Positions 9,008 through 18,221 of a stretch of 64,000 nt of DNA are shown in pieces. The position numbers and the translations under genes are program-made. The DNA comes from a virus (lineage: Duplodnaviria; Caudoviricetes). The stretch covers positions 1 through 64,000 of the IMG/VR virus record IMGVR_UViG_3300010429_000981; one strand, written 5' to 3'. Below the pieces are notes generated by a model that saw only the letters and a program-made list of their open reading frames with translations, was not told where the DNA came from and searched no databases. Numbering within the stretch: the first letter of the stretch is position 1; every line of letters begins with the position of its first letter.

Positions 9008-9095
9008 GGAAGATTAAATAGCAAAGTGTTATACTCGCCTCGAAAGCGATGGGAGCCTTAATCGGCTTGGGGAGCGTTACCTCAGTCTTCCGCCA
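9008..9095 (+). tRNA. tRNA-Ser(CGA), atypical D- and T-arms
   Basis: Acceptor stem GGAAGAT/GTCTTCC, discriminator G, encoded CCA, anticodon arm TCGC-CTCGAAA-GCGA, variable stem AGCC/GGCT. T-loop is AGCGTTA. Confidence 0.8.
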
Positions 9096-9102
9096 CTTAT
9101 AC

Positions 9103-9130
9103 AATCAACTGTAATAGGTTGATTTTTTTT
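9103..9130 (+). terminator. Rho-independent terminator after the tRNAs
   Basis: Hairpin AATCAAC-TGTAATAG-GTTGATT running into a T8 tract. Confidence 0.75.
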
Positions 9131-9134
9131 GATT

Positions 9135-9142
9135 AATAAATA
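9135..9142 (+). promoter_or_regulatory. Late promoter variant AATAAATA
   Basis: NATAAATA directly after the terminator and before the 9174 gene. Confidence 0.55.
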
Positions 9143-9173
9143 ATAATAGTATAATTAATTCTGGAATTATAAT

Positions 9174-11699
9174 ATGATTAAAAGATTCAAAACATTTCTA
9201 TCCGAAGGATTACTTAAGGAAGGTTTAACAGATATTCAAAAATCTGGTTTTACAGATTATGCCAAAAGCAAAGGAGTAGATATTAGCGATAATTCTACTG
9301 CTGTTAATTTCTCCAGACATGTAATACCAGAAGGAACCGATTCTATTAAAATTCCTGCTATGAATTCTATAGTTCAGGATATTCATGATCATCTTACTAA
9401 TAATGGCTATCATGGTATTGATTATGCTAGAGAAATTGCCTATAAAAATACTATCAATAATCGTGGTGAAACTCAAAGACAGGAAGTTAAAATAGGAAAA
9501 GCATTAAATCAAACCAAAGCACCTAAACACCTTATTGATAAATTTGCTGGTGATGATCATAAAAAAAGTGCTGAATTAACAAGCAAATACGATATTATCA
9601 TTAGTAGAAATCCGATGCATATTGCTGGATGTAGTACTAACCCTGATAATCCTAATATCTGGAGTAGTTGTGCTAAATTAGGCGAGACTGGTCAACCCAC
9701 TGGACCTGCTTCTTATCATCTTCATAATGATATAAAACATGGTACTCACGTTGCTTATTTGGTTCCTAAAGACGATACAAAAACTCATGATAAATTGATT
9801 GATAGAGCAGAGGGTAGAATATTAATAAAACCTTTTCATCCTACTAATGGAGTAGATAGGCCAATATTATATCCTGAATCCAGAACCTATTCTAATAATG
9901 AACAAGTTCCTAGTGGATTTAGAGAGACGGTTAAAAACTTTACCGATACTCATTTTCCAATGGCTGATAATGTTACCTATCATAAACATCCTGAACTTTA
10001 TAATGATGATGGTCTTACTGATGCTATGAAAGTTAATTTTAATAAACCTATTGATACTTCCATTAGCGGTCATAATGGAATTAGTCGAATGGTTAAATCA
10101 CAAAATATACACCCCGATGATATTACTAAATTTTTGGATAGTGGTCATGCTATTCAAAATGAATCTGTTAAACATACCATATTAGATGCCTTACCGCATA
10201 ATAGAAATTTTAATGCCTCACATATTCAGCAATATATTGATAATGGGCATATTAATGATATGTACGAACCAAAAGATATATATACCCATAAACATTTTTC
10301 CAGTAAACATTTAGATTATCATATTGATAAATTACTTGCTAATAATAATACTTCAGGCATAAGAAGAGTAGTAATTGAAAACGGTCCTAATATTACTTCT
10401 GGACATGTAGATAAAATTGTTAATCATATTTCTAATAATTATAATGACGATGATACTTTACCTGTAATTAGATCACTGGCTAATAATACTGATAAGTTAT
10501 CATATGATCATGTAAAATCCTTAATAGGAACAAATAATACTAATGTTCATGAGACACTAGCATCATCAATGTGGATAGATAATAAACATAAAAATAAAAT
10601 ATTAACTGATTTAAGTAAAATAGATAATTCAGATGTTAGTACTAATTTAATACAGAATAATGGTCTTTCTACACACCATATTGATAATATTCTAAATCAT
10701 AAAACTTTATCAGCCGAGAATGTGCTATCCATAGCCAGACTTCCTATATCTCATGAACACATTAATAAAATATTGGATTATACTGTTAATAATCCAGAGG
10801 AAACAGGTTATAATAGAACTATACTTAATAATTTAGTTAATAAACAGAATTTAACAGTTGAACACGTTAATAGATTATTAAGTTCTGATCATTTCAAGGA
10901 AGGAACTGATATAGGAGATACCGCATCACGAAGAATGCTTACCAACAACAAATTTTCCCATGAAGATTTAGATAAATTATTACCTACTTTATCAGAATAC
11001 CCTCTAGGTGTAGTAATTAGAAACCAAAAATTAGCACCCAGACATATCGATCATCTATTATCAGGTAAACCAAACCTAGATATATATAATGAAATTGCTG
11101 CTTCTCAAAATTTAACTCATGAGCATATTGATAAATTATTATCCCATAATGATAGTGAATTAGATGCTAATCTAGTATTCAAATCTAATTTAGCCCCCAG
11201 ACACATTGATCATTTAATTAATAAACATAATGGATATTTGACTGGAGCAGTAGCAAGAAATAATACTTTAACTAAAGAACAACATGATAGAATATTAGAT
11301 AATAAAGATAAATATGTTGATAAGGGCGGTGTTGCTGCTATGGTAGCCGCTGCTAAAAACATTCACCCAGAAACTATTGATCGTTTATTGAATGATAGTG
11401 ACATTGGTAATTATGGATATATGACATTATTGCACAACAGTAATATAAATCTTAAAGAACACCACTTTACTAAAATGTTAGATAATCCTAATATATCTAG
11501 TTCGGCTTTAAGACAAATGTCTAGCCATGATAATCTTTCCCCAAATAATATAGACCATCTAATTAATAAATATATTAATGGCAATTCTTTTGTTGGTAAA
11601 TCGGCAATAATAAACAATTTGATTAGACACCATAATACAGAAGATCGTCAAAAAGAATTATTAAAAAATCATCCAGATCACGACGAATGGGCATATTAA
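9174..11699 (+). CDS. Large His-rich helical-repeat protein, paralog A
   Basis: 841 aa. N-terminal domain shared with the next gene (ISRNPMHIAGCSTNPDNPNI.SSCA, GTHVAYLVP), followed by about 15 imperfect 24-31 aa repeats with a core like NLxxxHIDxLL. Confidence 0.7.
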   Translation: MIKRFKTFLSEGLLKEGLTDIQKSGFTDYAKSKGVDISDNSTAVNFSRHVIPEGTDSIKIPAMNSIVQDIHDHLTNNGYHGIDYAREIAYKNTINNRGETQRQEVKIGKALNQTKAPKHLIDKFAGDDHKKSAELTSKYDIIISRNPMHIAGCSTNPDNPNIWSSCAKLGETGQPTGPASYHLHNDIKHGTHVAYLVPKDDTKTHDKLIDRAEGRILIKPFHPTNGVDRPILYPESRTYSNNEQVPSGFRETVKNFTDTHFPMADNVTYHKHPELYNDDGLTDAMKVNFNKPIDTSISGHNGISRMVKSQNIHPDDITKFLDSGHAIQNESVKHTILDALPHNRNFNASHIQQYIDNGHINDMYEPKDIYTHKHFSSKHLDYHIDKLLANNNTSGIRRVVIENGPNITSGHVDKIVNHISNNYNDDDTLPVIRSLANNTDKLSYDHVKSLIGTNNTNVHETLASSMWIDNKHKNKILTDLSKIDNSDVSTNLIQNNGLSTHHIDNILNHKTLSAENVLSIARLPISHEHINKILDYTVNNPEETGYNRTILNNLVNKQNLTVEHVNRLLSSDHFKEGTDIGDTASRRMLTNNKFSHEDLDKLLPTLSEYPLGVVIRNQKLAPRHIDHLLSGKPNLDIYNEIAASQNLTHEHIDKLLSHNDSELDANLVFKSNLAPRHIDHLINKHNGYLTGAVARNNTLTKEQHDRILDNKDKYVDKGGVAAMVAAAKNIHPETIDRLLNDSDIGNYGYMTLLHNSNINLKEHHFTKMLDNPNISSSALRQMSSHDNLSPNNIDHLINKYINGNSFVGKSAIINNLIRHHNTEDRQKELLKNHPDHDEWAY

Positions 11700-11700
11700 T

Positions 11701-13866
11701 ATGATATTAAGATTCAAATCATTTCTATCCGAAAAATTACTTAAAGAAGGATTAACAGATCGTCAAAAAACTGGTTTTAGATTTTTGGCAAAAGCGCATG
11801 GGTATCCTATTAATAAAGATGATTCCCCATCAGATAATGCGCGAAAAATATCTGATCATGTATTTGGGGATAAAGATACAATAGAAATTCCTGCTGTTAA
11901 TGAACATTATCAGGATATTAAAGATCATTTATCTAGGTATGGTTATAATGATGTTGATTATGCTAATAAAACTGCCAGTAAATTAGTAACATTAAAAGAT
12001 GGTACTACTAAATTACATGCTAAACGTATTGGTTCTATATTAAATGATACTGGTGCGAGTGATAATTTAGTTAATAAATTTACCAGAGACAATCATAAAG
12101 AAACCGCTGATTTTACTAAAAATTATAAAATAATTGTTAGTAGAAATCCTATGCATATTGCTGGATGTAGTACTAACCCTGATAATCCTAATATTAAAAG
12201 TTCCTGTGCTACATTAGATAAAGACGGAAATCCCACTAACTCTTCTGAACAATTAGCAGGTCACAAATTACCGGCTGGAATAGATGCTGGTACTCATGTT
12301 GCTTATTTGGTTCCTAATGAAGATAAACCACATTCAGAACTAATTGATAAATCTGTTTCCAGAATATTATTAAATCCGTATAGTTCATATACTGATGGTA
12401 GAGATTCTGCTCTTGTTCCTGAAGAAAAAGCCTATTCTAAAACCGATACTCCTCAGGGTTTTCATGATTCTCTGGCACATTTTACTAATAAACATTTTCC
12501 ATTAGCCGATAACACTAAATATTATAAAAATAGTGATATCTACAATGATGATGGTAATTTAATTAAAATGAATATCAATCTATTAAAACCATTAGATATA
12601 CGCGGCACACCAATACCTAGATTCGTCGGTTTATCTAATATATCAGAACAGCATATTACACAATTTATTGATACTATTAAAGATAATCCTAATCATCCTA
12701 ATGCCCCATTATTAAATCATATATCTAATAATAAATCATTTAATAAACAACACTTTAATCAAATATTTAATAGTGATGTATACAAACAATTATCAGGGAA
12801 CGGTATTAGTAATTTAGCAAAAATTAATGAATTTAATGCAGATCATATTAATAAATCCATTGAGGTATTACATACATCAGATCCAATACATGATGATAGA
12901 GTTGCCAGCAGATTAGTATCACAAAAGAATTTTACTGATGATCATTTTAATAAATTATTAGATATTGTTCGTGCTGATCCTAATCAAAGAGAAGATATTG
13001 CTCATGGTCTTATTTCTGATAATCCTAAACTAACTCATGATCATATTAATAAGATATTAAATCTTAATTTACCACATGATAGTAATGCATTTTTATCATT
13101 ATCATATAAAAATAATTTAACCAAAGATCATATCGGTTCATTAATAAATAAAAACGCCTCAGAAGTAGATTATTCATTATCTTATCATGGACGTACCCAA
13201 AATTTACAAAATGAACATGTTACAAAATTATTAGATAGACATATACAAAAAATTAATCCTAATGCACATAATACTTCTTTTGAGGTAGTAAAAAATCTAA
13301 TAAAAAATCATGATTTAACCGATGACCACGTTAAACAACTATTAAATAGTAATAACGATAAAATATTAGGACATTTTCTATCTGAAGTTAATTTTGTTCC
13401 TAGACATTTAGATATGGCATTAAGTATGAATAATCCTAATATTAACACACATTTATTAAATGGATATAGTGGCGCAACTTTAAGCAGTAATCATATGTTA
13501 CATATGTTATCACAACCTTACGCAGATCATCCTATGCATAAAGTTAATGGTATGCTATTTGCCATGACGGATAAACCTCATTTACCATCCGATGTTATAG
13601 ATAAATTATTACAAAAAAATAATCCAGAACTAGATCATAGACTAGCCTCTAATGATTATCTTGAACCACATCATATTGATACTATGTTACCTAGAGCAAT
13701 AGCATCAACTAAAATAAAATTATCAGATAATAGAAATTTAACAACAAATCATGTACATAGTTTATTATCTATTAATCCTACCGAAACTGATCCTGTCACC
13801 AGAGTAAATTTACTATCTGCTATAAAGAAAAATCTAGTAAAAAATCGTAAAATTTTACCCTCATAA
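11701..13866 (+). CDS. Large His-rich helical-repeat protein, paralog B
   Basis: 721 aa tandem paralog of the 9174 gene with the same domain layout. Confidence 0.7.
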   Translation: MILRFKSFLSEKLLKEGLTDRQKTGFRFLAKAHGYPINKDDSPSDNARKISDHVFGDKDTIEIPAVNEHYQDIKDHLSRYGYNDVDYANKTASKLVTLKDGTTKLHAKRIGSILNDTGASDNLVNKFTRDNHKETADFTKNYKIIVSRNPMHIAGCSTNPDNPNIKSSCATLDKDGNPTNSSEQLAGHKLPAGIDAGTHVAYLVPNEDKPHSELIDKSVSRILLNPYSSYTDGRDSALVPEEKAYSKTDTPQGFHDSLAHFTNKHFPLADNTKYYKNSDIYNDDGNLIKMNINLLKPLDIRGTPIPRFVGLSNISEQHITQFIDTIKDNPNHPNAPLLNHISNNKSFNKQHFNQIFNSDVYKQLSGNGISNLAKINEFNADHINKSIEVLHTSDPIHDDRVASRLVSQKNFTDDHFNKLLDIVRADPNQREDIAHGLISDNPKLTHDHINKILNLNLPHDSNAFLSLSYKNNLTKDHIGSLINKNASEVDYSLSYHGRTQNLQNEHVTKLLDRHIQKINPNAHNTSFEVVKNLIKNHDLTDDHVKQLLNSNNDKILGHFLSEVNFVPRHLDMALSMNNPNINTHLLNGYSGATLSSNHMLHMLSQPYADHPMHKVNGMLFAMTDKPHLPSDVIDKLLQKNNPELDHRLASNDYLEPHHIDTMLPRAIASTKIKLSDNRNLTTNHVHSLLSINPTETDPVTRVNLLSAIKKNLVKNRKILPS

Positions 13867-13889
13867 AAATATTTTATAACAAATAATAC

Positions 13890-13918
13890 TTGACCTCTGT
13901 TGATTTTGCTATTATACT
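13890..13918 (+). promoter_or_regulatory. Sigma70-type early promoter
   Basis: TTGACC-17 nt-TATACT upstream of hicA. Confidence 0.75.
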
Positions 13919-13948
13919 ATGTAATATCAAATCAATGGAGGTACTTCA

Positions 13949-14155
13949 GTGAAACCAATTTCCAGAAAGCAGTACATCAACAGTCTTATTAAGGATGGTT
14001 GGGTTCTTGATAGAAAGAATGGTAAGCATGATGTTTATACTCATGTAAATGCTAAGTCTCATCTAGCAGTTCCTCATGGTATTGAAATTAGTGTGGGTAT
14101 CGTTAGACAACATACCCCGATAGTTTTATCCGTTCACAAACATAACAAGGTCTAA
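13949..14155 (+). CDS. hicA: HicA-family mRNA interferase-like protein
   Basis: 68 aa, GWVLDRKNGKHDVYTH...LAVPHG.EIS.G; RBS GGAGG with GTG start. Confidence 0.7.
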   Translation: MKPISRKQYINSLIKDGWVLDRKNGKHDVYTHVNAKSHLAVPHGIEISVGIVRQHTPIVLSVHKHNKV

Positions 14156-14161
14156 TATATA

Positions 14162-14524
14162 ATGCCCACTCATGCTACTATTATCATTAAAGATGACAAT
14201 TTTAATGTATCATTTTATAAACATTCTGATGGCGGATTAGATTCATTGGGGAAGACTATTGCCGAATTTCTTAATGGATTAACCATAGTAAACGGATTCG
14301 TTAATACCCATAATAAAATTGCTAATGGTATGGGATGTTTAGCGGCACAATTATGTAAACTTCTAAAAGAAGAGGTTGGCGAATTTTATATAATTAACTA
14401 TCCTAATTATTTAGAAGATTATAACTATAGGATTAGTAACAATTTTATTTCTGTTATTGATCTGGGTGATAATTTATTATTTATGGGAAGTTGGGAAGAA
14501 TTCTATCAATTTGTTAATAAATAG
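14162..14524 (+). CDS. Conserved phage hypothetical protein
   Basis: YKHSDGG...LG...ANGMGCLAAQL...DYNY pattern. Confidence 0.45.
   Translation: MPTHATIIIKDDNFNVSFYKHSDGGLDSLGKTIAEFLNGLTIVNGFVNTHNKIANGMGCLAAQLCKLLKEEVGEFYIINYPNYLEDYNYRISNNFISVIDLGDNLLFMGSWEEFYQFVNK
14516..14523 (+). promoter_or_regulatory. Late promoter variant AATAAATA upstream of the endolysin
   Basis: NATAAATA at a gene boundary, 25 nt before the endolysin ATG. Confidence 0.55.
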
Positions 14525-14547
14525 TTTATATACAGGAGAAAAGATAC

Positions 14548-16167
14548 ATGCCTAAACAATATACAGATGCAGAAATGATTAGTAAATATGGTAAACCTAA
14601 TCAATCAGGAACATATTTAACATCGGTAACATTACCATTTAAGTTAATTTTATCATGGGATACTGATACATTAGTTTCTAAAATTAGAGTTCATAAATTA
14701 GAAGCAGAAAATGTATACAATATCTTTAATGATATTCTAAATGTGTATGGTATTTCTGATATTAACCGATTACATATTAATTATTTTGGTGGATCATTTA
14801 ATTATCGTGCCATGAGAACGGGTAATCGCTGGAGTCGCCATTGCTTACCTGCGGGAGAACCAGTGTGGACATTGAACGGAATAACAAATATAGAAGATAT
14901 TAAAATTGGAGATAAAGTTCTATCTCTAAATACAGATTCTAATAAAGTAGAGGAAAAAACAGTATCTAATATATTTGAGAATGGTAAAAAAGATATAGTC
15001 GCAGTTAATATAAGAAATTATAACATAAAATGTTCAAAAGAACATAAAATTTTAGTGTTAAATAAACAGACTTTAGAAACTAAAGATTGGATTAAAAATA
15101 TTGGCAATGGCCACAAAAGAGCAATATATACTTTATCATACAAAGAAGCGCAGCATCTAAACCGAGGAGATAAAATTGTTATACTAAAATCGGGAAAAAG
15201 TTTGCTCAGTAGTGATACAACTAATTTAGATTGGTTTGAGATATTGGGGTTGTTTATAGGAGATGGTGCCGTTCATCACAGAAATGGTGCAGTGGATTAT
15301 ATATCTTTTCAATTTCCAAAACAAGATAGAGTAAGGACACATGTATTAGAACTTTTACAGCGAAACTTTAAGTCTGTTAGGTCATCGGATAAAGCACTAT
15401 TTTTATACACCAAAGAAGATTTTATGCGGTTTTCACACCTTGATCTTAACGCATATAACAAACATATACCCGAAGAGGTTTTCTTAGCATCCTTTGAGCA
15501 AAAAATCGCCTTTTTAATTGGATTAATATATAGTGATGGTCATGTGGCAAAAAGCCCAAACAAACGTAATAATACTATATATACCGTTAAATATGGATAC
15601 AAAACTGTATCTAAACAGTTGATTTTAGACATAAAATTATTATGTTCTTTGGTTGGTATTAAAACATCTAACATAAGCACCGCACCACCAAAAGATGTAG
15701 AAATATGTGGCGTAAAAACACACCAAAAAGAACACTATAGTATGTATATGGTAGATTATAATAAGATTATTTCTTTAGCGTTTGATGCAGAATATCATTA
15801 TAGACAAACAAATGCTACAAAACTAAAAACTTATAATACAAAATGTTGGGGATACCAAACTCTTGGGGAAAATTTTACTATTGAATCTGTTGTATCAGTG
15901 AATAATATAGGCAACGAATCCGTCTATGATATAGAAGTTGAGGACAACCATAATTTTATTGTGAATGGTGTGGTTGTATCAAATTCTTGGGGAACCGCCA
16001 TTGATCTTGACCCAGAACGTAATCAATTACGCGAAGATCATACTACTGCTCGATTTGCCAGAGAAGAATATCGAGATATGATTGATATTTTTGAGAAATA
16101 TAATTGGGTATCTCTAGGAAGACTTCATGATATGGATTGGATGCATTTTGAATCGGGGAGAATGTAA
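14548..16167 (+). CDS. Peptidase M15-family endolysin interrupted by an intein
   Basis: The joined exteins read FNYRAMR...WSRH/SWGTAIDLDP...DWMHFE, which is the M15 SxH-x6-D and DxxH Zn motif set. Spliced product is about 158 aa. Confidence 0.85.
   Translation: MPKQYTDAEMISKYGKPNQSGTYLTSVTLPFKLILSWDTDTLVSKIRVHKLEAENVYNIFNDILNVYGISDINRLHINYFGGSFNYRAMRTGNRWSRHCLPAGEPVWTLNGITNIEDIKIGDKVLSLNTDSNKVEEKTVSNIFENGKKDIVAVNIRNYNIKCSKEHKILVLNKQTLETKDWIKNIGNGHKRAIYTLSYKEAQHLNRGDKIVILKSGKSLLSSDTTNLDWFEILGLFIGDGAVHHRNGAVDYISFQFPKQDRVRTHVLELLQRNFKSVRSSDKALFLYTKEDFMRFSHLDLNAYNKHIPEEVFLASFEQKIAFLIGLIYSDGHVAKSPNKRNNTIYTVKYGYKTVSKQLILDIKLLCSLVGIKTSNISTAPPKDVEICGVKTHQKEHYSMYMVDYNKIISLAFDAEYHYRQTNATKLKTYNTKCWGYQTLGENFTIESVVSVNNIGNESVYDIEVEDNHNFIVNGVVVSNSWGTAIDLDPERNQLREDHTTARFAREEYRDMIDIFEKYNWVSLGRLHDMDWMHFESGRM
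14842..15984 (+). mobile_element. Intein with LAGLIDADG homing endonuclease (381 aa)
   Basis: Starts CLPAGEPVW and ends VYDIEVEDNHNFIVNGVVVSN before Ser+1. LAGLIDADG helices EILGLFIGDG and AFLIGLIYSDG. Confidence 0.92.
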
Positions 16168-16343
16168 TGTTTAACGATGAAGCCATTAATTTATTAAATA
16201 ATGTAAAACAACAATTATCAGAATTAGCAAAAGAAGCCAAATTAACAGAGAATAGTGCCCAGGAATTATTAGATAGTATCATGAGTCAATACAATATTAC
16301 TCCTAATGATATTAAAAAAGAAAAAAATCTTTATCACAATTAG
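16167..16343 (+). CDS. Small helical hypothetical protein (58 aa)
   Basis: TAATG overlap with the endolysin; its stop overlaps the RBS of the next gene. Confidence 0.45.
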   Translation: MFNDEAINLLNNVKQQLSELAKEAKLTENSAQELLDSIMSQYNITPNDIKKEKNLYHN

Positions 16344-16351
16344 GAGAAATT

Positions 16352-17314
16352 ATGTTAAGTTTTAGAGAATTTAAGGAGCGAAAACCAGAAACATTTATTG
16401 CGTTTTCTAATGCTGGTGGAAGATTAGGTCAGTATGATAAATTTGATTATACTGAATCTTATATTACAGGGCAAGGAGGTGGAAGACCCGATAATCTTGC
16501 TGAAAATCTTAATCCAAGAGATAAGCCAATACATATTTTATCTCATGGTATTCTATCTGATCCTGAAAAGAATAATAAAGGATTGGGGGAAGAACATAAT
16601 GAACCCGAAAATATTGGAATCCCTGATTATCATGATAGAGGTTATGTGTTTCCTCAATATACTAATGAACAAGCAAAGAAAGCCAGAATATTATCGGCAA
16701 ATGTAAATGAACATCATCCATTTTACCATGATATTTTAGAGCATTATACTTCCAACAGTTATAATCTTAATAATGAGTTAATAAGACATCATAGAGCCAA
16801 TACCGAACCCCCAGAGTCTATTAAATCACATTTAGACTATGACGACGATGATAATTATTCAGATATACATTTACAAACTTTTGATAAATTAATAGCAGAT
16901 CATAAATTACCTACTGATGTTACCGTTTATTCTAGTTTAGGTTTCCATCCTAATGAACATCGTGGTAAAATAGCGGTAGTTCCATCTTATCTATCTACTT
17001 CATTATCTCCGCATGTTGCTAAAGATTTTGGAAAAAAGTGGGAAATGAGTGTTCATGATGGAAAAAACTATAAAGATATACAGGTAAAAAATATTTTAAG
17101 GTTACATCTACCAGAAGGTCATGCTGGATTATTTACTGATAATGGGTCTTTGTTTCCAGGACAAGGAGAGATTATATTACCCAGAGGATTGCAATATCAA
17201 TTTGGGCAAAGACCTACTCATATTATTCAGGGAAAATTCCACATTCATTTTGGTCATGGGTCAAATAACGAAACGCAATACCACATATATACAGGTCGAA
17301 TTCTTTCAAAATAA
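16352..17314 (+). CDS. ADP-ribosyltransferase-fold protein, paralog 2
   Basis: YTSNSYNLNNEL, VYSSL, YLSTS, QGEIILPRG. Confidence 0.75.
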   Translation: MLSFREFKERKPETFIAFSNAGGRLGQYDKFDYTESYITGQGGGRPDNLAENLNPRDKPIHILSHGILSDPEKNNKGLGEEHNEPENIGIPDYHDRGYVFPQYTNEQAKKARILSANVNEHHPFYHDILEHYTSNSYNLNNELIRHHRANTEPPESIKSHLDYDDDDNYSDIHLQTFDKLIADHKLPTDVTVYSSLGFHPNEHRGKIAVVPSYLSTSLSPHVAKDFGKKWEMSVHDGKNYKDIQVKNILRLHLPEGHAGLFTDNGSLFPGQGEIILPRGLQYQFGQRPTHIIQGKFHIHFGHGSNNETQYHIYTGRILSK

Positions 17315-17331
17315 ACCATCAGGAGATTATC

Positions 17332-17571
17332 ATGAATTACACTACAGCAATTGTAAATATTATAACCCCTAAAGGCTATAAATACAAAAAAACAGTGGTT
17401 GTTCCAAATTTTGGTTATGGTATAATTGATCGAGTAGCAGAAGAACTTATTCATCAGAAATATGACGATTGTATTAGTGATTTTGCTTTTGGTGATAATA
17501 TTCAGGTTGTAGTAAATGGGGATAAGTCTCCTTGGTATAGATTAACTAATACAGGATTTGTGAAGGCATAA
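17332..17571 (+). CDS. Hypothetical protein
   Basis: 79 aa with RBS AGGAG. Confidence 0.45.
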   Translation: MNYTTAIVNIITPKGYKYKKTVVVPNFGYGIIDRVAEELIHQKYDDCISDFAFGDNIQVVVNGDKSPWYRLTNTGFVKA

Positions 17572-17575
17572 AAAA

Positions 17576-17965
17576 ATGAAGTTCCATAATGAAAAAGAAG
17601 TTCCTAGTGATAATCAAGTATTTGTATTTGGTTCTGCACTATCAGGTAATCATGAACTAAATTATAATTCTAAGCAAGCAACATTAAAATATGGGGCTAA
17701 GTTTGGAAGAGGCATTGGTGTGTCTGGTCGTTCTTATGCTATTCCTATTAGAGGATATGATAATGAATTACTAACCCTAGAATCTATCAGCCAATATGTT
17801 GATCGTTTTGTGAAACTTACGCAGCAACATAAGGATATCAATTTCTTTATTACTCGTATTGGATGCGGTAAATTTGAATATAGCGATAATAAAATTGCCC
17901 CTCTATTCAAAAATTGCGGCGATAATTGTTCTGTTCCAGATACTTTTATGCTATACTCAAAATGA
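17576..17965 (+). CDS. A1S_2505-like, macrodomain-like phage protein
   Basis: VFVFGS..SG.H...YGAKFG.G.G..GRSYAIP...FFITRIGCG...IAPLF. Confidence 0.6.
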   Translation: MKFHNEKEVPSDNQVFVFGSALSGNHELNYNSKQATLKYGAKFGRGIGVSGRSYAIPIRGYDNELLTLESISQYVDRFVKLTQQHKDINFFITRIGCGKFEYSDNKIAPLFKNCGDNCSVPDTFMLYSK

Positions 17966-18123
17966 ATGAAGATACTGAGTTAGTACCAGTAGATCCGGTA
18001 TTACAAAAATATAATGAAATTAACGAATATTTTAAGGGTAAATTACCGAATCCACATCATGAACCTATACAATTTGCTTATTATCTGAAAATCTATGAAT
18101 ATTTCAAAAAAAGAGCCGCTTAG
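17962..18123 (+). CDS. Small conserved T4-like hypothetical protein
   Basis: LPNPHHEPIQFAYYLKIY; start moved to the ATG overlapping the previous stop. Confidence 0.5.
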   Translation: MNEDTELVPVDPVLQKYNEINEYFKGKLPNPHHEPIQFAYYLKIYEYFKKRAA

Positions 18124-18136
18124 TCTAAGATTTTAC

Positions 18137-18165
18137 TTGATTTATTGGTTAATAGTGTTTATACT
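18137..18165 (+). promoter_or_regulatory. Sigma70-type early promoter
   Basis: TTGATT-17 nt-TATACT, intergenic. Confidence 0.65.
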
Positions 18166-18221
18166 GTTCTCTGGTACTTCAGAATCTTACTTAGCAAAGA
18201 CAATAGTTCTTGGAGTTGTTA

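Noticed and set aside
8871..9104. 77 aa minus-strand ORF in the track
   Set aside because: It is the antisense shadow of the two tRNA-Ser genes and has no protein features.
14162..14524. Possible HicB antitoxin next to HicA
   Set aside because: No HicB RNase H-like N-terminal pattern and no HTH or RHH domain is recognisable.
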